Origin: a virus
Direction: 5' to 3' (one strand)
Length of the DNA: 64,000 bases
Virus record (IMG/VR): IMGVR_UViG_3300035232_000745
Below the pieces are notes generated by a model. It made no database searches. It was not told the DNA's origin and worked only from the letters and a program-made list of their open reading frames with translations. Below, piece after piece: positions 37,734 to 47,197 of this stretch. The translations under genes were made by a program, and so were the position numbers. Position 1 is the stretch's first letter. Every line of letters starts with the position of its first letter.

Positions 37734-39775
37734 TTGCTTGTAGCTATAAACACACCATTCCAATCTTTAGGAAGGTTTTGAGTTTTCATAAATTTACAGC
37801 GCTCTTTCCACATATCGTAATATCCATCCATTTTATTATCAAAGTGCCCTTGCAATATTTCACATAGTGCTATTGCATCATCAAATTTCTGAGCTTGATA
37901 AGCTTCATACATTTCTTCGTGTTTTTCTTTAGGTTTTTTCCAAACATCTCTTACATCATCTAGTGCTGTGTAAATACTTAAACCAACACTCTTACCTTTA
38001 ACTTGTAAATCATCAATTTTAAGATAAAAGAAATCGTTCTTAGTAAGTTCGTAAGTTGCTTCTCCTATTAGAAGAACTTGCCCGTATTCTTTACATTTTG
38101 ATTCGACTCTAGCTGCGGTGCTGACGCTGTCCCCCAACACATCATAGCTATGTCTTTTTGTTGATCCCATTTCTCCAATGTAACCAAGTCCGGTATTAAT
38201 ACCCGCGCCCATACCGACGGGAGGTCTTCCTTCAGGAATGATAATATCTTCATTAAATTTCTCCACTGCTTTAAGCATTTTAAATGCTGTCGTTACTGAG
38301 GTAAAGGCATGATTTTCATCATCAATCGGAGCATTATGTATGTGCATTGAAGCATCACCGATATATTTAATTATCATACCATTAGCATCTAATACAGGTT
38401 CTGTAATAGCATCCATATAACCGTTCATTATTCTAGTCAATCCTTTAACGTCATCTCCGAAACTTTCACCTAAAGGAGTAAAGCCTCGCAAATCACTAAA
38501 AACGATTGATACGTCTCTTTTAACGCCTTCTTTAATTAATGATGGATTTTCCTGTAACATCTTAACAACTGTTGGTGATGCATAACCAGCAAATTGTTTT
38601 TTGATTTCTTGTTTCTGTAAAAATTCGTCTACAAATTTTACAATATACCGTAAACTGCCAACGAAGAATAACATAACAGAAATAGTAAGGCCGTCAACAA
38701 GAATATTTGAAGTTTGAAATACATAGATTGATCCTCCTATAAATCCGCCTATTGTTAATACGAATGCTCCGATACCTATAAAAGTCCAATAAGATAAGCC
38801 TATTATTAATAATCCTGCTATAAGTAATGCAGCTAACTCTCCCCAAGCTTTTGCATCGGCGTGACGCGTAATGTTTGACTCATTAAATACAGTACCTAAC
38901 ATTGCTGCTTGCATTTGATGTGGAAATACCGATCCCATAGCTGTAGCAATTGGTTGTGTAATACCAGCTGCTGTTGGGCCAACAAAAACTATCGATCCAT
39001 CTAAATTGTCTGGTAAATCAGTAATGCTATATTCCATATAACCTTGTGACCAATCAACCCAAACTTCTCCTGCTTCGTTTGTTGGTATGATACCAAATTG
39101 TGGTATTCTTAATTTATCAACACCAAGAGGTGAAAGTTTAATTTGGAAACTCGGATCTCCAGATAATACACGAAGTACTTCCATTGTAACGTTTGGATAT
39201 AGAGTACCACCGCTTTCAAAGACTAAAGGTGCACGTCTTGTAACACCGTCTATTTCTGGAAAGGTGTTGATGATTCCTGACCCCATTGCATTATTTTCAA
39301 GGCTTGGTACGTTAGCGATGATCCCAGGTATACTTGGAATAAGAGACATATAATCGCTATTAATAATAGAGGCTCCCGGATTAATTGGTTCATTTTTGTT
39401 CTCCTCAGAGCCTAACATTGTTAAAATTACTGGTACTTGCTGCATAGTAAGAGCAAGGTCTTGATCTTCACCAGATCTATCTTCTTCACTCATTAATACA
39501 TTGAATACCACGAGGCCTGCGCCTCTGTTATATAAATCTATAATAAAATCTGAATATGTAGCACGCGGAAATGGCCATTGACCGTATTTTTCTAAAGCTG
39601 ATCTGTCTATGTTTACGGTATAAATGTTATTTTGAACTGGTTCTTGATTTACAATTAACTGATCAAAATATCTTAATCTTAGACTTTCTATTAAGGCTGG
39701 ATTACTTGCGTGCAACCATGCGAATAAGCATAATAATATTATACTCCATGCTGGAGAGAATAACAGTTTTTTCAT
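37730..39775 (-). CDS. CHASE2-domain class III adenylate/guanylate cyclase
   Basis: CHASE2 (ID...L..YGQWPFPR, DGV.RR.PL), 3 TM segments, FSDLRGFT, KYIGDA, GINTG...GEMGS..R..Y.VLGD.V..AAR.E; Lys/Asp pair suggests ATP specificity. Confidence 0.92.
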   Translation of the reverse strand: MKKLLFSPAWSIILLCLFAWLHASNPALIESLRLRYFDQLIVNQEPVQNNIYTVNIDRSALEKYGQWPFPRATYSDFIIDLYNRGAGLVVFNVLMSEEDRSGEDQDLALTMQQVPVILTMLGSEENKNEPINPGASIINSDYMSLIPSIPGIIANVPSLENNAMGSGIINTFPEIDGVTRRAPLVFESGGTLYPNVTMEVLRVLSGDPSFQIKLSPLGVDKLRIPQFGIIPTNEAGEVWVDWSQGYMEYSITDLPDNLDGSIVFVGPTAAGITQPIATAMGSVFPHQMQAAMLGTVFNESNITRHADAKAWGELAALLIAGLLIIGLSYWTFIGIGAFVLTIGGFIGGSIYVFQTSNILVDGLTISVMLFFVGSLRYIVKFVDEFLQKQEIKKQFAGYASPTVVKMLQENPSLIKEGVKRDVSIVFSDLRGFTPLGESFGDDVKGLTRIMNGYMDAITEPVLDANGMIIKYIGDASMHIHNAPIDDENHAFTSVTTAFKMLKAVEKFNEDIIIPEGRPPVGMGAGINTGLGYIGEMGSTKRHSYDVLGDSVSTAARVESKCKEYGQVLLIGEATYELTKNDFFYLKIDDLQVKGKSVGLSIYTALDDVRDVWKKPKEKHEEMYEAYQAQKFDDAIALCEILQGHFDNKMDGYYDMWKERCKFMKTQNLPKDWNGVFIATSK

Positions 39776-39900
39776 TTTTTAGCCTCATCCTCTTTACAAT
39801 CACATCTATAACAGACGTCATTAACACACTCTTGGCAGGACGAAGCATAACAATGGCATCCGTGACCACATTTTTGGCATGTTCTTTTCGGTCCTTGCAC
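39772..39900 (-). CDS. 42-aa Cys-rich metallothionein-like microprotein
   Basis: GTG start, RBS GGAG, ATGA overlap with the cyclase; MQGPKRTCQKCGHGCHCYASSCQECVNDVCYRCDCKEDEAKK. Confidence 0.6.
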   Translation of the reverse strand: MQGPKRTCQKCGHGCHCYASSCQECVNDVCYRCDCKEDEAKK

Positions 39901-39913
39901 TTTTATAACTCCG

Positions 39914-39945
39914 TATAAATAATACATATTCTTAAACTATTTATA
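39914..39945. promoter_or_regulatory. pair of opposite late promoters (TATAAATA on + at 39914, on - at 39938-39945)
   Basis: Exact consensus on both strands. Confidence 0.65.
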
Positions 39946-40087
39946 ATGAAACGCTTTGGATTAGGATTAGATCATAGAACATATCGAAGATATCTATTCT
40001 GGATGTGAGCCAGTAGGTAGAGCAGAACCTTCACGATCACACATCGTAAGATTTTGCTTCGGTACTTCACATGCGCATTGTACATTA

Positions 40088-40747
40088 ATGTGTTTATTAT
40101 CTGAAGCATTTATTAAAGCACAATTATTAGCTGAAGCAGGAGATGTTGAACCTTACCACATTTCTATTGTTTGGCAGTTAGAATTAGATTTCAAAAGAAA
40201 AGAAGAAAACGCAGAGTCTGCTTACGAAATTATGAAATTTTTTGTAAATAATATGCTTCCTCCTAAGAATGGAGCTATAATTAGCATATATAAAACTAAA
40301 CCTTCTTTTATTCAAACAGCGTGGAAATTAACTCAAGTCTGGCCGTTCAAAAAACAATGGACGGGAGGCGGTGGTTTTGTGACAGTACACAAATCAGAAG
40401 CTTTAATGTCTAAGACTAGATATCCAGGTATTTTAACAACTGAAGAAAATATAATTCCAGAAATAGAAACAAAGTACGATACGAAATTTATAGATTATAC
40501 AGTACCTATTAAAACTGTTTATGATTTATTATTATTAACAGATAAGCACTATAGTTACAGCGGAGGAACAGCTTATACCTCAGCTATGACTGGAACTCCT
40601 ACTGAGATTTGGACGCATGATCCTAATGATCCCAACACACCTTGGGGTTATATGGGTATATCGCCAAATAAAATTACACAATATAATAAAGGGATCTATC
40701 AAGGTCCTATTGAATATATTAAATTATATGGAGACAACAATGATTGA
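40088..40747 (+). CDS. putative GT-B (GT9-like) glycosyltransferase; frame is open back to 39971
   Basis: C-terminal YSGG.AY.SA..GTPT resembles the GT9 motif; next to sugar-nucleotide genes. Confidence 0.4.
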   Translation: MCLLSEAFIKAQLLAEAGDVEPYHISIVWQLELDFKRKEENAESAYEIMKFFVNNMLPPKNGAIISIYKTKPSFIQTAWKLTQVWPFKKQWTGGGGFVTVHKSEALMSKTRYPGILTTEENIIPEIETKYDTKFIDYTVPIKTVYDLLLLTDKHYSYSGGTAYTSAMTGTPTEIWTHDPNDPNTPWGYMGISPNKITQYNKGIYQGPIEYIKLYGDNND

Positions 40748-41426
40748 TTGTATTATACCAGCGAGATTGGAATCTACAAGATTTCCAAGTAAAGTATTAG
40801 CCGAAGTTAAAGGTAAGTCTGTATTACAGCATTGTGTTGATAACGCAAATAGCGCAAAGGATATTAGACGCGTTTGGATTGCTTCGAACTGCGTATCGTT
40901 ATTAGACCCAGAAGGAGGATTACTTACTGGTGATCATCATGAAACGTGCACATCACGAGTATCACAGGCTGCGTGGGATGTAAAAGCTGATTATATTGTT
41001 AATTTGCAAAGCGACGAACCTTGTGTTACTGGTGATATGATAGACGACATGATTAAATATATGTTTCAGAAAAATGCAAGAGTGGTTCAATGTTGTTATC
41101 CATTGACAGATGAAGAAAGAGGCAATATAAACGTAGTTAAGGCTGTTATCAGTAATGGCAAAATCATTTACTTAACACGAACACCTGATCGTGAATTAAT
41201 GCATAGTCCAAACCTTGTTGGAATTAACGGTTTATATTGTTATGATATTTCTACAATAAGATCGTTTAATTCTTACGATCAGGAATTAACTACGCGACAC
41301 AAAGGATTAGATACTTTGGCATTCATAGGTATTGTAGACGTGTATCCCTTCATGATCGAAGAGAGAACACCAGCAGTAGACATTCCTTCTGATATAGAAT
41401 TAGTGGAGAAATATCTTGATAGATGA
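40740..41426 (+). CDS. kdsB: CMP-KDO synthetase-like cytidylyltransferase
   Basis: IIPARLESTRFPSK, T.R, VNLQSDEP, VKAV, AVD.P.D. Confidence 0.85.
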   Translation: MIDCIIPARLESTRFPSKVLAEVKGKSVLQHCVDNANSAKDIRRVWIASNCVSLLDPEGGLLTGDHHETCTSRVSQAAWDVKADYIVNLQSDEPCVTGDMIDDMIKYMFQKNARVVQCCYPLTDEERGNINVVKAVISNGKIIYLTRTPDRELMHSPNLVGINGLYCYDISTIRSFNSYDQELTTRHKGLDTLAFIGIVDVYPFMIEERTPAVDIPSDIELVEKYLDR

Positions 41427-41859
41427 TAGAATAATTAAATACATATCGCATGCTCCAAGAGTCGCGTTTATTGGTAATGGCGGAAATCTTGCTATAGCAC
41501 AACACGGAGCTTCTGATATGACAAGACACTTAAATAAGCATTGTTTTGCTCCAGATTCTGTTCACTTAACTGCTCTTGGAGGTGATAGTAATTGGCATGA
41601 AAAATGGATTAATCAATACGCAATATTTTCTGATTGTATAATCGGTATTACTACTCGTAAAGACTCTCCTATTATCAAAGGTCTTAGAGAACTTGGAGGA
41701 ATTTTACCCAATAGAGTAGTAATAGCACCGAAAAAAATTAGAGGCATTGATACTATTGTTGTTAATGAAACGACTTATCACGAATTTGAAATACAAGCTT
41801 TAAGCACAATTTATAAAATTATTGAACAGTGCGGAGCCAAATTACCTAGTATTGATTGA
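41416..41859 (+). CDS. SIS-domain sugar-phosphate isomerase (GmhA-like)
   Basis: IGNGGN.A.A.H...D, LTA...D. Confidence 0.7.
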   Translation: MIDDRIIKYISHAPRVAFIGNGGNLAIAQHGASDMTRHLNKHCFAPDSVHLTALGGDSNWHEKWINQYAIFSDCIIGITTRKDSPIIKGLRELGGILPNRVVIAPKKIRGIDTIVVNETTYHEFEIQALSTIYKIIEQCGAKLPSID

Positions 41860-42183
41860 TCCGAGCGGTATATCTATTCCAATTACAATACCACCGCCAT
41901 TGCCTTCTTGACCGTATGTTAAATAGTATTTGTCTTTGTATAAAAGTCTTGCAGCAGGAATAACTGGGCCATACACATAACCAGAAACGATTACTGTTTC
42001 TAAAGTTAGATTTTCAGTTAAATCTGATGATCTTCCAAAATAAAAGCTAGGCTTCTTAATTGAGTTGTAATAAACGCCCATTGTTAAATTTTCATAATTC
42101 GCAGTAAATTTTGGGTGGTAATTACTATAATCATTTTCAAAGCCGACATGCAGAGATAAAGCTAAACCTAATACAAATTCCAT
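41842..42183 (-). CDS. hypothetical outer-membrane beta-barrel-like protein
   Basis: Alternating aromatic strands, GVYYNS...S.Y.G...SGY. Confidence 0.45.
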   Translation of the reverse strand: MEFVLGLALSLHVGFENDYSNYHPKFTANYENLTMGVYYNSIKKPSFYFGRSSDLTENLTLETVIVSGYVYGPVIPAARLLYKDKYYLTYGQEGNGGGIVIGIDIPLGSINTR

Positions 42184-43056
42184 TTAATTATGTTGCTCAA
42201 CACTTACAACACAACCGTTTGGGTTTGTGCAAACGCCAGATAGAGTAAATGATTTAGAAGAGGTGTCGGTTTGTTGACTAACTGTTACATTATAGGCAGG
42301 ACCGTATATGCTTTCTACACTAATGCTTGCTGAGGCAGAATTCATTCCACGTTGGTTTAAATCAATTACATTATAATTTCCTGACAACTCAATATCAGCA
42401 GTTTTTTGTCCGCCATTACCACGCTGATAAGTTGTAACATCATTCCCAGTACCTGAAATATCAAGGTCTAAAATATGCTTTTGATTTCCTCTTTGAGTCA
42501 TTTCAACATCATTACTATTACCAGAAATTTCTGCAGTTAATTCATGCCTACCATAACCTGTACTTTGTTGATCTGTCTGTGCTGATTTAATATCGTTATA
42601 ATTTCCGCTAATTGTAATTGTTGCGGTATGGTCACCACCTTCTGATAAATCAGTTGTACCATCAGAATGTTTACCTTGCCATACCGTTAAGTCGTTATTA
42701 TCACCTGTTACCATTGCAGTAATCATTCCGCTGTCACCGCCACCGCCTTGATAGAAATCTATGTTGTTGTTATCTCCATCTAACATTCCTGCAATACCAT
42801 GATACTGACCGATCTGCACCATATCAACTGTATTACTATCACCTTCAATACCTGTAGTCTGTCCACTTATACCAGTAATATAATTCTGACTACCATCTTG
42901 TGTGATAGTCAACGTAAAATTATCGCCTGATTGATACATATAAACTTCATTTGGTCCACTATTTGATTTGGATGATGTCAATAGTATTATTACCAACGCC
43001 AAGACGATAATCCCAAACATATTCGTCTTGTTGTTGAATATTAATCGTATATCCAT
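42184..43056 (-). CDS. curlin-repeat (CsgA/CsgB-like) beta-solenoid protein
   Basis: Signal peptide; repeated G-x-x-N...Q-x-G units rich in Q, G, N and D. Confidence 0.75.
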   Translation of the reverse strand: MDIRLIFNNKTNMFGIIVLALVIILLTSSKSNSGPNEVYMYQSGDNFTLTITQDGSQNYITGISGQTTGIEGDSNTVDMVQIGQYHGIAGMLDGDNNNIDFYQGGGGDSGMITAMVTGDNNDLTVWQGKHSDGTTDLSEGGDHTATITISGNYNDIKSAQTDQQSTGYGRHELTAEISGNSNDVEMTQRGNQKHILDLDISGTGNDVTTYQRGNGGQKTADIELSGNYNVIDLNQRGMNSASASISVESIYGPAYNVTVSQQTDTSSKSFTLSGVCTNPNGCVVSVEQHN

Positions 43057-44089
43057 ATTGTTGCTCCACATATATTCTTAAATGATGGTAATAACCGGTG
43101 TCGTCTCTTTCAAAAACCCAACTAGGGTCTTCTCTATTTAAAGTAATTCTTGTTTGAGGATCATAACCCTCTTCAACAAAATTAAAAAACTCTTTATTCT
43201 GAGCATCTAATTCTGACATTAATCTGCGCATTAGCGCAATGTTTAATTGTTCAATCATATCATGTAACAGTTCGCCAAGATAATAATCACTATCTCTTAA
43301 ATCAAATTCTGTTAACCATATATCTTTAATACTCTCTTCTAATATGTCCATATTCAAACCGTCAAAATTTAAGAAATCTATATCTAGGAAATCTGTCATT
43401 TGTTCCAATGGTTGGCCATCTTCTTCAAATAAAGGTTTTTTCTTTCTTAAAATCAAAAGGTTCGTTATATCGCTTTCATCAAGCGCTAAGAACATTGGTT
43501 TAGTTGGTTTTGACCACCTGCTTTTTATTATTGTTGCCTGAAATGCTTTGTTCATAATAACGAAACCTGTATCAGACTCAACTGAAATTTCACCAGTTAC
43601 ACAATTTGTTTTTCCAAGTTGGTCAATGGAACAAGAAGGTAACAGCGTTACCATAGTCCCACCTGCTTCATCAACGACCATAACAAAATCAGTACCTAGT
43701 ACACCTATCGTTGCTGACGGTGTTTTGATACTGACGTTTCTTCGGCTATTCTTCGCGATTGCTCCAGATGCATAACGTATTGTTCCCAATGTCGCACGTA
43801 ATCCCAACTTCCCAGTCCCGGCATTTGGGTCATAAACAAAATCATCAATTACTAACCTCGCATGCTCAGTGATGTCGACTCGTGTTTCATCAACAAAGTC
43901 GATACGCATTCTGCCTTTTGCGGTGACGGCGGTATCCATGGGTTGCACCCCAATACCTTCCCCGCCGTCAATAACATTTCTACCACGCTCAAGTACGCCA
44001 GATCCCGAAAAAGACCCTATTTCACCTGCATCGCCAAAGCATAAGCTCGGTGTCAACAGAATGGCAATGAAGCCAATAATATTCCACAT
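42959..44089 (-). CDS. secreted FecR-domain protein
   Basis: Signal peptide; D...T..G...I.F.D.T, G..R..SG.I, TPSATIGV.GT.F. Confidence 0.8.
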   Translation of the reverse strand: MWNIIGFIAILLTPSLCFGDAGEIGSFSGSGVLERGRNVIDGGEGIGVQPMDTAVTAKGRMRIDFVDETRVDITEHARLVIDDFVYDPNAGTGKLGLRATLGTIRYASGAIAKNSRRNVSIKTPSATIGVLGTDFVMVVDEAGGTMVTLLPSCSIDQLGKTNCVTGEISVESDTGFVIMNKAFQATIIKSRWSKPTKPMFLALDESDITNLLILRKKKPLFEEDGQPLEQMTDFLDIDFLNFDGLNMDILEESIKDIWLTEFDLRDSDYYLGELLHDMIEQLNIALMRRLMSELDAQNKEFFNFVEEGYDPQTRITLNREDPSWVFERDDTGYYHHLRIYVEQQYGYTINIQQQDEYVWDYRLGVGNNTIDIIQIK

Positions 44090-44091
44090 TT

Positions 44092-44835
44092 TTAATCAGA
44101 TTGTGTAATTTGAACATTTTGACTATCTCCTGAAAAAGTAGCATCTACTTTGTTATCGTATATGCCGCTTTGTATTATAATATAATCTGACCCGCCACCA
44201 GTAATTGTTAAGTCAACAGTATGACCTGCGACATCACCATTTCCTGTGCTGTCAATTGCAATCAAGTTACCTTCTGAGTCAGCTTGAACATCGTATGTTA
44301 AATGCGTACGATTTCCTGCTCCTGCTGTAACACCAGTGCTTGAGTTATTTGATACAACTGTAATATTAGCATCTGTACCGTCTATATCAGCATAAACTCC
44401 TGAACTGTTACCAGTGATTGTAAAATTAGCAACTAAATCTTCTGTATCAGCACTTTCACCGATATAGATTTTAAAGTTGTTGTCATCACCTGAAACACCT
44501 ATGTTTAAAGTAACATCTTCACAATTTACTCCACTCGTAGAATCACAAGTTAAGTCAACTGTGTTGTCATCACCCGTAAATGTCCAAGTACCAGTGTAGG
44601 TATTACCTTTAATGATAGCGTCAATTTGGTTATAATCACCAGTTTGAGTGATGTTAAACGTCATTGCGTCACCATCTAATGTGGCATCAGTAGTACTGTC
44701 ACCAAATTCGTTGTCTTGTCCGTCTTGGACTATATCTAAATCTAATGTATCACCAGATTGTGTAATATAAATGTCGTTTGCAAGTGTAGGCGATGCAAAC
44801 AACAGTGCCATAACAAAGAGAATAATCTGTTTCAT
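44092..44835 (-). CDS. curlin-like secreted protein
   Basis: Signal peptide; NDIYITQSG, Q.G..N repeats. Confidence 0.7.
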   Translation of the reverse strand: MKQIILFVMALLFASPTLANDIYITQSGDTLDLDIVQDGQDNEFGDSTTDATLDGDAMTFNITQTGDYNQIDAIIKGNTYTGTWTFTGDDNTVDLTCDSTSGVNCEDVTLNIGVSGDDNNFKIYIGESADTEDLVANFTITGNSSGVYADIDGTDANITVVSNNSSTGVTAGAGNRTHLTYDVQADSEGNLIAIDSTGNGDVAGHTVDLTITGGGSDYIIIQSGIYDNKVDATFSGDSQNVQITQSD

Positions 44836-44847
44836 TCCCTATCTCCG

Positions 44848-45651
44848 TTAATTGATTTCTTTAAAATTCCATAATTCCCTCTTGACTCCTTCTGTCACTA
44901 ATTCAATAACCCCTTGTTCAATAGCTGCTCTTACAGCATAATTTACGGGCTCATTTACAGAATAGCCGTTTTCAATCTCTACATTTTCACGACCTAAATC
45001 TATAAATTTAAATATATCAGCCGATGAACGATAACTCGCTATAGATTTCTCTGTAGCAATACTCATTAAAACTTTTCCACTGCTAACGCTTACTAGTCTC
45101 ATAACTATCGTAACAGTGTCTACTCGATACTCAGTTGAGGCGCCTACACCCAGGAACCTTGCTCCAGCACCGCCAGCTGCGGTATCAGAGTCGTAACCAA
45201 CAACTCCACCTTCTAACAATAACCCTGCAAATAACATAGGTTGTAATGGAGTTGGACCGCTTTCTTCTCCTTTTTCATAAACTTCTCTTGTTTGTCTTAT
45301 AAGTTGACGTTCTTTAATTAAATTATCGATACCAACTCTTTCAACTACTTCAAACCAAGATCCGTTACCGACATCTTGCAATGCTTTAATCACCCATACC
45401 TCTGCGCCTTGCGTAACAGCAGAAGATAAAGATGAATTTGAACTTGATTTTCTTTGTCCTGTTTTATCATTAAAAGCGTATACCGCAATAGTTATTTTAG
45501 GACCGCCTAACTCTGGTACAGCAAGCAGTCTTTCATCAATAGGACTTACTGATAAAGTTGGCGAATCATCAAGCCCGCGTAATACACTTATACTTCCAGG
45601 AGCTGCACAAGCACCTAATAAAAGAAATAAAAATAAAGGCAGTAATCTCAT
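44848..45651 (-). CDS. csgG: curli secretion channel lipoprotein CsgG
   Basis: Lipobox LGAC; VY.F.DKTGQ.K, S.AVTQGA, WF.VVER....L..ERQ.IR, EGGVVGYD, NEPV. Confidence 0.95.
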   Translation of the reverse strand: MRLLPLFLFLLLGACAAPGSISVLRGLDDSPTLSVSPIDERLLAVPELGGPKITIAVYAFNDKTGQRKSSSNSSLSSAVTQGAEVWVIKALQDVGNGSWFEVVERVGIDNLIKERQLIRQTREVYEKGEESGPTPLQPMLFAGLLLEGGVVGYDSDTAAGGAGARFLGVGASTEYRVDTVTIVMRLVSVSSGKVLMSIATEKSIASYRSSADIFKFIDLGRENVEIENGYSVNEPVNYAVRAAIEQGVIELVTEGVKRELWNFKEIN

Positions 45652-46115
45652 TAAAAATTGAACTCCCCAGCACCAGGTATTGTGATTTCAGTCACACTAC
45701 CATCTTCTTCAGTAACAGTTAACGTAATAGAACCTGTTACTGGATCTCTTAACCAAGCAATTGTATTATCTTCAAGTGATGTTGACCCACTATTCGAACA
45801 CGCATCACCGCAATCAGCAAACATGGAGTCAACCATTTGCTTTGATAGTGTTGCATAAATTCTTGATTCTACGTTACGAAGAAATTTTGCTAGAGTAGTA
45901 TTTTCTGCTTCTCTTTCAAGTTCTTCTGCAATTCGCTTTTGCTCATCTCTGTAATCTTCTTTGCGATTATGAGAAAGTTGTTCAATGGATAAAACGTGCG
46001 TTGAATACCCATTTCCATAGTGAAACGCCGGAGATTTAAATCCCCATACTAATTCACTCGCCGCGCTGTTGTTTGTCAGGAACAGTATCGCCATCGCTAG
46101 CATTAAATGTTTCAT
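45651..46115 (-). CDS. csgF: curli assembly protein CsgF
   Basis: Signal peptide; ELV..FKSP.F..G; immediately upstream of csgG. Confidence 0.8.
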   Translation of the reverse strand: MKHLMLAMAILFLTNNSAASELVWGFKSPAFHYGNGYSTHVLSIEQLSHNRKEDYRDEQKRIAEELEREAENTTLAKFLRNVESRIYATLSKQMVDSMFADCGDACSNSGSTSLEDNTIAWLRDPVTGSITLTVTEEDGSVTEITIPGAGEFNF

Positions 46116-46437
46116 TATCTTCTCCGGTTGAGTTAAACGCTTTATTTCCCGATTGATATTCAGCAACTAATCTATGTAATTCATCAGTACGTTTCGGATT
46201 TAGTTTAGATCTATATTCCAAAACCATTGATAGTTTGCTATTTAGTCTAATCAGATCATTATCTAACATTCTAACGCGATCAACTAGTTTAATTAAAGTA
46301 AACATAGCTTCACCCAGGACCGGATCAATTACCTCCGTAACCCATTTCCATATAAAGAATATGAAGTAGCCCATACCAACTGCTGATACGATAGGAAAAC
46401 CGTATTCACTTATTGCACCGGCTATATCTAATTCCAT
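46054..46437 (-). CDS. small membrane protein (YvrJ/holin-like), paralogue A'
   Basis: YGFPI...RV.MLDNDL.R. Confidence 0.6.
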   Translation of the reverse strand: MELDIAGAISEYGFPIVSAVGMGYFIFFIWKWVTEVIDPVLGEAMFTLIKLVDRVRMLDNDLIRLNSKLSMVLEYRSKLNPKRTDELHRLVAEYQSGNKAFNSTGEDNETFNASDGDTVPDKQQRGE

Positions 46438-46455
46438 TTTTATTCCTTTTAATTT

Positions 46456-46635
46456 CTAATCAGAAATTTTTACTAACCAACCTTTATCGTCTACGCGAAA
46501 GGTATCGCCAGGTTTATAAAGCCAATGATCTTTTGGCGAGCCGTCCTTTTGGACGCCCATGACTTCACCTGGCCAATCTCCTTCAACTCTAAAGTTTGTT
46601 CCAGCTTGGCTTATATTGTAATCCATCCAAATCAT
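46456..46635 (-). CDS. 59-aa hypothetical protein, paralogue B'
   Basis: Not in track: MIWMDYNISQ...YKPGDTFRVDDKGWLVKISD. Confidence 0.55.
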   Translation of the reverse strand: MIWMDYNISQAGTNFRVEGDWPGEVMGVQKDGSPKDHWLYKPGDTFRVDDKGWLVKISD

Positions 46636-46841
46636 TAAGCTATTTCCTCTTTTACGAAATTCTCAATTAATTTGTTAGGATTTCCAATATGTTCAAAGTA
46701 ACCATTGGGACCTACTCTAAATTCGTCTCCGATATTTAGTTTCACGTCATCAATAACGAAAAACTTATCATCTAAGTTCTTTTCATTGAGAATGCGAAAA
46801 CCATTCTTAAATTTTGTTAATACTAAATCTTTCCAAAACAT
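46635..46841 (-). CDS. hypothetical protein, paralogue B
   Basis: MFWKD...GDEFRVGPNGYF. Confidence 0.55.
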   Translation of the reverse strand: MFWKDLVLTKFKNGFRILNEKNLDDKFFVIDDVKLNIGDEFRVGPNGYFEHIGNPNKLIENFVKEEIA

Positions 46842-47119
46842 TAATCTCTCCTTGCATCATCTTTACCCTCATTTGCAGCAATACGATCTATATTTGGTCT
46901 AACATTTAAAGCATAGCTCAATAAGGCATCAATTTTCACTAAATCATTATTCATAGTTTGAACTCTGTTGTCCAAACCTGTCATTATATTTTTAAGAGAA
47001 TTTACGGTGTCTGTAACACTAGCTAATATAAACTTTAGTGTAATAAATACAAAAACGCCAGCAGCTAAAGCGCCAGCTATAGGAAAGCCTACATCACCAA
47101 TTAAAGATAAAAACTCCAT
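46841..47119 (-). CDS. small membrane protein (YvrJ/holin-like), paralogue A
   Basis: VGFPI...RV.TMNNDL.K...DARRD. Confidence 0.6.
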   Translation of the reverse strand: MEFLSLIGDVGFPIAGALAAGVFVFITLKFILASVTDTVNSLKNIMTGLDNRVQTMNNDLVKIDALLSYALNVRPNIDRIAANEGKDDARRD

Positions 47120-47136
47120 ACATTCTCCTCACAGTT

Positions 47137-47151
47137 TATTTATAATAAATA
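47137..47151. promoter_or_regulatory. overlapping back-to-back late promoters
   Basis: TATTTATAATAAATA = TATAAATA (-) plus AATAAATA (+). Confidence 0.6.
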
Positions 47152-47197
47152 GAAATGAAAACAGAATTTATTTCATAATTACGTAGAGGAAACTAAA

